Source of the DNA: Elainellaceae cyanobacterium
Lineage (GTDB): Bacteria; Cyanobacteriota; Cyanobacteriia; CAZCXK01
Length of the DNA stretch: 13,500 nucleotides
Assembly: GCA_051117555.1 (NCBI GenBank)
Contig: JBNPEG010000008.1
Coordinates: 1-13,500 of the forward strand
Reading direction: 5' to 3'
Below, one piece after another: positions 6,349 through 13,500 of this stretch. Numbering within the stretch: the first letter of the stretch is position 1; each line of letters begins with the position of its first letter. The position numbers and the translations under genes are program-made. The notes beneath the pieces were generated by a model. It was not told the DNA's origin, ran no database searches, and saw nothing but the letters and a program-made list of their open reading frames with translations.

Positions 6349-7737
6349 ATGCGCGCATCATCACCATTTTCTCAACTCGCTCACGAAATTAGGGAATCTA
6401 CGGGATTGGCGATTCCCCTAGCCAGTGCCCAGCTTTCTCAAGCAGCAACTGGCTTTACAGATACCGTCATGCTGGGATTATTGGGCAGTCAAGCTTTAGC
6501 AGCCGGAGGACTGGGGGCTGTGACGTTTTCCGGGCTGCTGATTATCTGCACTAGTATTGTGTCTGCTGTCAGCCCCCTCGTTGCCGAGGCATACGGTGCA
6601 GGACAAACCAGCAGAGTTGGACAAGTTGCTAATCATGGATTGTGGCTAGCTGTGCTGCTTTCGGTTCCCATTATGCTGCTGATCTGGAACGCAGGCCCAC
6701 TCCTCAGCCTGCTTGGGCAGCAGCGTGAAAATAGTGTGCTGGCTGTGACATATTTACGAGGGATTGTTTGGGGATTTCTCCCTGCTTTAGCATTTGTGAC
6801 GCTAAAAAGCTTCGTGACGGCGCTATCCAAACCTCGCGCGGTGATGGCGGTGATGGTAGGTAGCGTCATCCTCAATGGAATTGCTAACTATGTGCTCATG
6901 TTCGGGAAGTTCGGGTTTCCAGCCCTGGGACTAGCCGGTACCGGATGGGCGAGTGCGATTGTCTATTGGATCATGTTTTTGGCGTTGGCGCTCTATATCG
7001 TAGATCAGCGATCGCTCAAAGGATATCGAGTCTTTCAAGACGTGTTTTATTTTAACGCCTCTTTGTTTTGGGAAATCGTTAGAATTGGCTGGCCGATTGG
7101 TGTACTCGCTGCCTTTGAAACCGGCATGTTTACTATTACCACCTTCTTGGCCGGGCAGATGGGCACCACGACTCTAGCCGCCCACCAAATTGCGCTCCAG
7201 ACCGCATCCGTTACCTTCATGGTGCCGCTGGGTATTTCACAAGCCGTGACCGTGCGCGTCGGGCAGTTGATCGGGCAGAAAAATCCTGAAGGGGCTCGAC
7301 TGGCAGGCTATGTGGGGATTGCTCTGGGGGCAATATTTATGGGCATCATGGCAGTCTTGATGTGGGCATTTCCCAATGGCATCATTTCGGTATACTTAGA
7401 CATTCGAAATCCTCAAAATCAGCCCGTCATGGCGATCGCAGCGGCACTGTTAAGCGTAGCGGCTGTTTTTCAAATTTTTGATGGCATCCAGGTGATTGCG
7501 GCAGGTGCCCTACGAGGTCTAAAAGATACTCGCATTCCGATGGTGATTGGCATCATTTCGTATTGGCTGGTGGGGTTCAGCAGCAGCTTTATCTTAGGAA
7601 TCATGCTGGGATGGGGAGGTGTGGGTCTTTGGTTTGGGCTAGCCGTTGGGCTCTCAGTTGCTGCAACGGTGCTGACCTGGCGATTTTGGGGATTGATTAC
7701 TCCCGCTGTCAAAACGCAAGAATCTTGGAAATACTGA
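6349..7737 (+). CDS. MATE family efflux transporter (NorM-like)
   Basis: 462 aa with about 12 hydrophobic segments. Motifs DTVMLGLLG, FGKFGFPALGLAG, LAAHQIALQ, FQIFDGIQVIAAGALRGLKDT. Confidence 0.93.
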   Translation: MRASSPFSQLAHEIRESTGLAIPLASAQLSQAATGFTDTVMLGLLGSQALAAGGLGAVTFSGLLIICTSIVSAVSPLVAEAYGAGQTSRVGQVANHGLWLAVLLSVPIMLLIWNAGPLLSLLGQQRENSVLAVTYLRGIVWGFLPALAFVTLKSFVTALSKPRAVMAVMVGSVILNGIANYVLMFGKFGFPALGLAGTGWASAIVYWIMFLALALYIVDQRSLKGYRVFQDVFYFNASLFWEIVRIGWPIGVLAAFETGMFTITTFLAGQMGTTTLAAHQIALQTASVTFMVPLGISQAVTVRVGQLIGQKNPEGARLAGYVGIALGAIFMGIMAVLMWAFPNGIISVYLDIRNPQNQPVMAIAAALLSVAAVFQIFDGIQVIAAGALRGLKDTRIPMVIGIISYWLVGFSSSFILGIMLGWGGVGLWFGLAVGLSVAATVLTWRFWGLITPAVKTQESWKY

Positions 7738-7820
7738 AATTTTTTGATTTCTGTTAGTCTGCTCAGTTCATCGGGCACTACTAAAACGCAATAGTTGTTG
7801 GCGTTAAATGGGTGTGTTGC

Positions 7821-9242
7821 ATGCGACTAAGTCAGACTTGGCTGCGGTTAAGATGGGCAATTTTACTGGGTTTCGTCACAGGGTTGAGTGCCTGCCGGAC
7901 TGGGGTGGCTCAGTCTCCCCGCCTCGAACCGCTCCCGCAAGATCCGCTGATCTACGCTTATTTCAACTACTCGCAAGCGGCTGCCTATCTCAATCCGTAT
8001 CGAGACCAGGAGCGGCTGGGGGATAATCTCGAACAGGCGATCATCGATGCGATCGCCTCTGCCCAGTCGTCGATTGACGTTGCGGTTCAAGAATTGCGGC
8101 TGCCCAGAGTGGCGGAGGCATTAAAAGAACGACATCAGGCGGGGGTAACCGTGCGCGTCATTTTGGAGAATAGTTATAGTCGCCCGTGGAGCAGTTTTAC
8201 GTCCCAAGAGATTAGCCAACTCGATGAGCGCGATCGCTCGAAATATCTAGATTTTGTGATGCTTGCTGATGGCGATCGCAACGGACAGCTATCTCCAGAC
8301 GAAATTGACCGCAGCGATGCTCTAGTGATCCTTCAAAACGCCGGTATTCCGTGGCTTGACGATACGGCAGATGGATCAAAGGGCAGTGATTTGATGCATC
8401 ACAAATTTATCGTGGTCGATCGGCGAATTGTCGTTGTGGGCTCTGCAAACTATACCCTAAGCGGCATCCACGGCGATATGCTGCGCCCCGACAGCCGAGG
8501 AAATGTCAATCATCTGTTGAAGATTGATAGCGTTGAGGTCGCGCGTCTCTTCTCCGACGAATTTAATCTTCTCTGGGGAGATGGCCCCGGCGGCGCATTA
8601 GACAGCAAATTTGGCTTGCAAAAACCCTATCGTCCGCCTCAGCGGGTGGCATTGACCCCCACCTCAAGCATCACCATCCAGTTTTCACCTACCTCTACCT
8701 CTCTTCCTTGGAATCAGAGCGTGAATGGCTTGATTGGCGAAACATTTGGGCGCGCAACCCGCTCGATTGACCTGGCACTGTTTGTGTTTTCTGACCAAAA
8801 TCTTGCGAATATACTTCAGACTCAGCAACAGCCAGGACTTCAAATGCGATCGCTGATTGATTCGGGATTTGCCTATCGCAACTACAGTGAAGCCCTTGAT
8901 ATGCTTGGCATTGCGCTGAAAGACAATCGGTGTCGCTACGAAGACGATAATAATCCGTGGCTCAACCCGTTGTTGACTGTCGGCGTTCCTCAACTTGCAG
9001 AGGGTGACGTTCTTCACCACAAGTTTGGTGTCCTTGACGCGCAAACTGTAATCACCGGATCGCAAAATTGGAGCGAAGCCGCCAATCACAGCAACGATGA
9101 AGATTTACTTGTGATTGAGAATTCTACCGTCGCAGCTCATTTTCAGCGAGAGTTTGACCGTCTCTACGCCACAGCACAGGTTGGCATTTCAACCGGCCTC
9201 CAAGAAAAATTGCACCATCAGCAAACTCGTTGCCCAGCGTAG
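7821..9242 (+). CDS. Phospholipase D-superfamily lipoprotein with two HKD motifs, similar to cyanobacterial competence protein ComA
   Basis: HKD motifs MHHKFIVVD...GSAN and LHHKFGVLD...GSQN. A basic then hydrophobic signal ends in the lipobox LSAC. Start placed at ATG 7821. Confidence 0.85.
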   Translation: MRLSQTWLRLRWAILLGFVTGLSACRTGVAQSPRLEPLPQDPLIYAYFNYSQAAAYLNPYRDQERLGDNLEQAIIDAIASAQSSIDVAVQELRLPRVAEALKERHQAGVTVRVILENSYSRPWSSFTSQEISQLDERDRSKYLDFVMLADGDRNGQLSPDEIDRSDALVILQNAGIPWLDDTADGSKGSDLMHHKFIVVDRRIVVVGSANYTLSGIHGDMLRPDSRGNVNHLLKIDSVEVARLFSDEFNLLWGDGPGGALDSKFGLQKPYRPPQRVALTPTSSITIQFSPTSTSLPWNQSVNGLIGETFGRATRSIDLALFVFSDQNLANILQTQQQPGLQMRSLIDSGFAYRNYSEALDMLGIALKDNRCRYEDDNNPWLNPLLTVGVPQLAEGDVLHHKFGVLDAQTVITGSQNWSEAANHSNDEDLLVIENSTVAAHFQREFDRLYATAQVGISTGLQEKLHHQQTRCPA

Positions 9243-9499
9243 TGTCATGTCTAATCCAATCAAATTTATGTGGAAGGAGAGAAAGGCTCTAGCCTATTTG
9301 TTTCGTATAGTGAGGACATATTTTTGCTGGTCTTAGCGAATAAAACAGCAAAGCAGGGCTTTCTCATGTCAGAAATCAGACGATTTATGCCAGCCATTGA
9401 ACCGTATCTGGCTTAGTCACTCGTGATGCACCACTGAATGCGATTAGGCATCAAACTGGATGGGCTCTGATTCCCATCTCAGCCTATCGAAGAGATGAC

Positions 9500-9529
9500 T
9501 TGACTCAAGATTCTCTAAATCTTTATAGT
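9500..9529 (+). promoter_or_regulatory. Predicted sigma70-type promoter upstream of the SRPBCC gene
   Basis: TTGACT (9500-9505), 18-nt spacer, TATAGT (9524-9529). Confidence 0.45.
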
Positions 9530-9662
9530 TTGCATGCAAATGAGACGTAGAACTTTATTATTCACCTGCTATTCTGCTGATGGTTTAAATTAGCAAATCC
9601 GATGAAGAGCCTAGCTAGTTTCAAATTCGTCAAGTTCTCAATCTCTTACTGAATGTGCGATC

Positions 9663-9713
9663 GCCCAAGTCGCAGTGCCCAAGTCGCAGTGCCTGGGTCG
9701 CAGTGCCTGGGTC
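9663..9713. repeat. 14-bp tandem repeat, about 3.6 copies in two variants
   Basis: (GCCCAAGTCGCAGT)x2, GCCTGGGTCGCAGT, GCCTGGGTC. It begins inside a HIP1 site (9657-9664). Confidence 0.9.
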
Positions 9714-9769
9714 CACTTAGTAAGAGTGAGATGCTTCGAGTTGTATTATGCAGGAGTTTCAAACTCAAT

Positions 9770-10348
9770 ATGACTTCATTCGCCACTCTAGGATCTGTTG
9801 ACACCGCATCGAGTCTGGTTGATCACGGGACCCAAACTGCTTTGTTAAAAGGCGAAATCCTTTTAGAAACTCAGCCCCATTCGGCATGGGGGGGCGTCGT
9901 TACCGCTCAGATGTATATTCCTATCGGGCGATCGCAGGTTTGGCAGCAACTCACCGACTATCCTCAGTGGGTCAACTTTTTTCCAGATGTCATTCGCAGC
10001 GAGGTCATTTCTCGAGGAGATGGATTAACTAAAGGCGGAAAACGGCTTTACCAGGTCGCTCGTAAGGCGTTCTTCCTGTTTACAGCTCAAGTTGAAGTCC
10101 ATCTTCGTGTATTTGAAACCGCCCATGCCAGTACGTGGCAACAGATTCGATTTTTGATGGAAAGAGGCAGTTTCAACGATTTCTCAGCCGATCTAAAACT
10201 TCATGACTACAGCAGTGGCACTCTATTGACCTATACGGTGAAAGCGACTCCTGCATTTCCGGTGCCAACTGCTCTGATTCAGCAGGCAATGCGGTTAGAT
10301 TTACCTGATAATATGCGAAGCATGCGTCGAGTATTATGCAAGCAATAG
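9770..10348 (+). CDS. SRPBCC / polyketide cyclase-dehydrase family protein
   Basis: Pattern VTAQMYIP...QVWQQLTDYPQWVNFFPDVIRSEVI, GSFNDFSADLKL, TLLTY and a C-terminal helix. Start placed at ATG 9770 (192 aa) after CAGGAG. Confidence 0.85.
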   Translation: MTSFATLGSVDTASSLVDHGTQTALLKGEILLETQPHSAWGGVVTAQMYIPIGRSQVWQQLTDYPQWVNFFPDVIRSEVISRGDGLTKGGKRLYQVARKAFFLFTAQVEVHLRVFETAHASTWQQIRFLMERGSFNDFSADLKLHDYSSGTLLTYTVKATPAFPVPTALIQQAMRLDLPDNMRSMRRVLCKQ

Positions 10349-10393
10349 TTAGATTGACAACCGGTTCGATAGTCTAAGGTTTTTTTAATCTCT

Positions 10394-11149
10394 ATGGCAT
10401 ATTTACCTACCGTGTTTCGAAGTCTGCGCTTGGTCTTAGTTTCGTTGGGAATCGCAAGCATGTCCTCCGTTACAAGTTTTGCGCAGGCTGCGAGTCCTCC
10501 GGTTGAGCAAGACGACTTCAGCAGTGAGATGATAGAATCGCCAGCTGCTCAGCGGCTAATGGAAATGTTTTCTCCCGACATTCAGTCGGTGTTGAGTGCG
10601 TGTGCTGAGAATGGGGGAGTCGATTTAGACGCGGGTGAAACTGCTGATGGAACTCTAGTCTGCGGAGACGGAACTCCAAATACTGAAACGCCCTACTCAA
10701 CTTATTTGAGTACAGTGTCAAACCTATTGGCAGCTAGTGGTTTGGTTGGCTTTCGGGCCGTTATCGATTCCAATCCTCAAATCAGCCCTGAGCTGATTTC
10801 GACCTATCTATCGAGTTCTCAAGGGGCTGATATTTTGCGGTCGGCTGTTGAAATGGGCATCGCTCAGAGTCAACTTTTGCCAGGAGTTGTGCCTGAGTCT
10901 TCAATGATATTGGTTGATGAAGTGATTAGTCGAATGCTTCCTACATTGCAAAGTCCTGCTGCTTTGGGCGATTTAATGGGAACGCCAGAACAATATAACC
11001 AAGTCGTTAGTAATTTCTGCACTGCTCCGGGAATGCCCGTCGAGCAAGCAACGCAGCTCGTCGCTGGATTAAGCACCCTTCAGCTTTATTCAATTTGCAT
11101 TCAAGAGTCAGGAATTGCGAGTCAAGTTCAGCAGATGCTCGATCCATAA
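10394..11149 (+). CDS. Secreted acidic hypothetical protein
   Basis: 251-aa ORF with a Sec-like signal (RSLRLVLVSLGIASM...FAQA), an acidic mature part and four Cys. Confidence 0.75.
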   Translation: MAYLPTVFRSLRLVLVSLGIASMSSVTSFAQAASPPVEQDDFSSEMIESPAAQRLMEMFSPDIQSVLSACAENGGVDLDAGETADGTLVCGDGTPNTETPYSTYLSTVSNLLAASGLVGFRAVIDSNPQISPELISTYLSSSQGADILRSAVEMGIAQSQLLPGVVPESSMILVDEVISRMLPTLQSPAALGDLMGTPEQYNQVVSNFCTAPGMPVEQATQLVAGLSTLQLYSICIQESGIASQVQQMLDP

Positions 11150-11283
11150 TTGATTGCATCGAGGATACCGATTCTGGTGCAGTTCTTCACGACACTGCTT
11201 TGATTAGCCTGCACAGAAGATATCTCTATCCCGATGCAGGCTATTGGGTCACTCATAATCTGTATGCCTCAGTGTGAAGCACC

Positions 11284-11880
11284 TCAACGAATATGGCTGT
11301 CACCGGATACGTCGAAGATGCTATCGCCGCGATCATAGAAATGAAGCCGTCCGTATCCTAAAAACTGTCCTTGGGGTGTCTCTCCGTCTGGAAACGCTGT
11401 CACGCCAAACAGATAGACCCCTGACCGACGAGGATTCCGCTCTGGTTCAAGCCGGATCGTGATATCGGTTCCGGGCGGAACAGGCGGATCAAAATTGACG
11501 GTAATAGACTGGTCATCACGATTCCAAACAACATCGCCCAAGCTCAACTCACTGCCCCTATTCCGGTGACTCCCTGTAAATGCCTGAGTGTCTTCAGGAT
11601 TGTATTGAATCTCTCGCACAAAGCTTTCTCCATCGCGCTGAGCAATGACGACCTGTTGCAAGGGTTCTCCTGCATTTTCAGGAATGCTTAGGTCAAAATA
11701 GTATCGGACTCTGCTATCAGACACGGTCCGCCGAGTGGTGGATGCCTGAAGCAGACTAGGCGGATGATCAAATGCAACTCGCCCATCTGGAAACTGAACT
11801 GCACGGCTTGGCATAGTCAATATGCTGCCGATACTCAGAGATGCGGCTAAGCTTATGCTGACCCATTTTCCACTATCCAT
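11284..11880 (-). CDS. DUF2808 domain secreted protein
   Basis: Signal peptide, then YYFDLSIPENAGEPLQQVVIAQ, FDPPVPPG, NPRRSGVYLFGVTAFP and QFLGYGRLHF, as recalled for cyanobacterial DUF2808. GGAGG at 11895-11891. Confidence 0.85.
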   Translation of the reverse strand: MDSGKWVSISLAASLSIGSILTMPSRAVQFPDGRVAFDHPPSLLQASTTRRTVSDSRVRYYFDLSIPENAGEPLQQVVIAQRDGESFVREIQYNPEDTQAFTGSHRNRGSELSLGDVVWNRDDQSITVNFDPPVPPGTDITIRLEPERNPRRSGVYLFGVTAFPDGETPQGQFLGYGRLHFYDRGDSIFDVSGDSHIR

Positions 11881-12263
11881 CGTGTTGCTACCTCCAAAAC
11901 CTTTGATTTACTGTAATGAAAGTTCTAGAAATCCGTCATTAAAGCACGTCGCTGAATTAGTGTGGTGACTGTTTCTGGGAAACTCATTCCTTTGGCAGCA
12001 ATCGACTTAGCATTTACCGCAGATCTGTAGCAGCATCTCTGTCAAGCGATCGCCCCAGTGCTTACGATGCTTGTCCCTCCAAGGTAATTCAGGTGTCTCT
12101 TCCGGACTCCCTATATTAAAGATACGCAATCAGTTCACTAAATTGCGTAAAGCAAATCTGGTGATGCGTCGCTAGACACAAAATATAGCCCTACGGGCTC
12201 AGATTTGTATGTAGAATCCAAGCGCCGCGCGGGTTCTTAACACGTTCAGCTTCGAACCTTTGC

Positions 12264-13193
12264 TCAAGGCTGGGCTAACCAAGCGCTCAAGTCTTGTTGA
12301 ATCAAATCTTGAAGTTTTAGAATATCGTCGCGATAAATATTGAGAAGATTTTGTCGGGTATCGGGAGAAAGCGGCTGAGCCTTTGATTTTTCTGCCGAGT
12401 TGATTTGAATGAGGCGATCGCGCCAATACTGCCGGGTGTTGACTGGAACCATGAGTTTGAGTGCCGATGCTGCAATTGAACGCACTGGATTTCGGGTTCG
12501 CAGCATCTGATTCACCCATGAACTTTTTGGCACTTGAGCAACCTGTTCTCGTTTGCTGGTATCGGCAGCAAAAGCAGAATCAACGCCCACAAATTGATAA
12601 AGATTTTGCATCATCGCTAACGGATCGCGGCACAAATCATCGTAGAGATAGACCTTGATTTGATGGCGATCGAACATGCTGAAATAATGACTCAGCGGCT
12701 CATAATAAAATCCCTTTTTGAGAGTAAATGATTGATGCTCTGGAAATCGACGAATTTGTTCGGTCAGGCTTTCTTTGACGTTAATTGCTTCGCGGACATG
12801 CATTAGATAGTCGGAATAGGCGCGTTCAACCGGGTTGCGTAAAATCGCAACGAGTTTTGCCTGAGGAACGTATCGCTGAATGAGCCTTGACGAGGAGGTG
12901 TAGTGAAAGAGGTAGTTAGGAGACGCTTCGCCAATGGCAATTTCGTCTGTTATGCCCTTGAACAAGTTGCAATATTTTTCAAATGTGTCAATTCGTTCGA
13001 GTCGCCCCTGTTGAATCCTTTCTTGATTCACCTGCGCACGAATTGCCGGATCGACACTTTCCCAGTCTCGTTCTAGGAAATTTGTTTCCTTCACAGGACT
13101 CATATAAATCTGAGGATGCTGCTTAAGGTAATGGTAGACAGACGTAGTTCCAGCTTTCTGGACACCAATGATTAAAAAGTTGGGCAGCTTCAT
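12264..13193 (-). CDS. PAPS-dependent sulfotransferase
   Basis: 5'-PSB loop PNFLIIGVQKAGTT, KE motif, GEASPNY and the 3'-PB motif LRNPVERAYS. Confidence 0.92.
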   Translation of the reverse strand: MKLPNFLIIGVQKAGTTSVYHYLKQHPQIYMSPVKETNFLERDWESVDPAIRAQVNQERIQQGRLERIDTFEKYCNLFKGITDEIAIGEASPNYLFHYTSSSRLIQRYVPQAKLVAILRNPVERAYSDYLMHVREAINVKESLTEQIRRFPEHQSFTLKKGFYYEPLSHYFSMFDRHQIKVYLYDDLCRDPLAMMQNLYQFVGVDSAFAADTSKREQVAQVPKSSWVNQMLRTRNPVRSIAASALKLMVPVNTRQYWRDRLIQINSAEKSKAQPLSPDTRQNLLNIYRDDILKLQDLIQQDLSAWLAQP

Positions 13194-13221
13194 TGCAGGG
13201 TTCCACGTTGTCTAGACAGTT

Positions 13222-13249
13222 GAAATGCTGATTAGAAATGCTGATTAGA
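13222..13249. repeat. 13-bp tandem duplication
   Basis: (GAAATGCTGATTA)x2 followed by decayed CTGACT copies. Confidence 0.8.
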
Positions 13250-13310
13250 TACTGACTAGGCTGACTGGGATCATTCATGCCTTGTCATTGCGAGAAGATA
13301 TGTTAAGGCT

Positions 13311-13345
13311 CGATCTTAATGTCGCGATCTCAATGTCGCGATCGC
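13311..13345. repeat. 14-bp tandem duplication ending in a HIP1 site
   Basis: CGATCTTAATGTCG, CGATCTCAATGTCG, CGATCGC. Confidence 0.8.
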
Positions 13346-13380
13346 CATACCAATCGTAACAAAATCAAAAGTTTGTAGAC

Positions 13381-13500
13381 TCATATCTTGCACCTGGTAA
13401 TTTGAACTTCAATTCCCTGCTGTTGCAACAAGGAACGTTTTCGTTCGATATCGGCTAACAACAGTGTCACTAAAACATCTGCCAAAGCGGCTTCTAGCAC
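13381..13500 (-). CDS. Probable 3' end of a gene entering from the right edge (product unknown)
   Basis: Open frame from the window edge, VLEAALADVLVTLLLADIERKRSLLQQQGIEVQITRCKI, to TGA at 13383-13381. Same strand as the sulfotransferase. Confidence 0.45.
   Translation of the reverse strand: MLEAALADVLVTLLLADIERKRSLLQQQGIEVQITRCKI

Larger units (their letters stand above)
1254..13345. repeat. Dispersed HIP1 octamers (GCGATCGC)
   Basis: More than 20 copies by eye (e.g. 1254, 1335, 1412, 8230, 8272, 9657, 13338), far above chance for 13.5 kb. HIP1 is a cyanobacterial hallmark. Confidence 0.95.

Noticed and set aside
7821..9242. PLD protein as an anti-phage nuclease (DISARM DrmC or restriction type)
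   Set aside because: It has a lipoprotein signal and ComA-like layout, with no helicase or methylase neighbours.
9115..9336. 73-aa ORF or frameshifted continuation of the PLD gene
   Set aside because: It shows no HhH-like sequence or recognisable motif and mostly overlaps the real CDS.
9653..9769. 39-aa N-terminal extension of the SRPBCC protein
   Set aside because: It is translation through the 14-bp tandem repeat. An SD-like CAGGAG supports ATG 9770.
288..12658. Remaining short ORFs of the six-frame track nested in or antisense to the main genes
   Set aside because: They are shadow frames of well-supported CDSs with no recognisable motifs.

Overview
Cyanobacterial chromosomal DNA, judged from more than 20 HIP1 octamers (GCGATCGC) and a DUF2808 gene. 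From 2.2 kb onward it is mostly ordinary: glycogen phosphorylase (glgP), an IscS/NifS-type cysteine desulfurase, a MATE exporter, a ComA-like double-HKD (phospholipase D family) lipoprotein, an SRPBCC/cyclase protein, a secreted acidic hypothetical protein, DUF2808, a PAPS sulfotransferase and the 3' end of one more gene. The first ~2.1 kb looks accessory. It holds a LysR regulator whose divergent target appears cut by an IS5-like end, a cluster of GTAG-type REP hairpins, further IS-end relics, and a 94-aa small-protein gene. That gene sits behind a predicted ~210-nt highly structured leader: a 13-bp closing stem, three inner hairpins, two complementary 7-nt motifs (TGGTGCA/TGCACCA), two stem-sequestered Shine-Dalgarno sites and an overlapping 42-codon upstream ORF. 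This leader plus small protein is the best candidate for an uncharacterised RNA-based control system. All calls come from reading the sequence; no database search or folding program was run.
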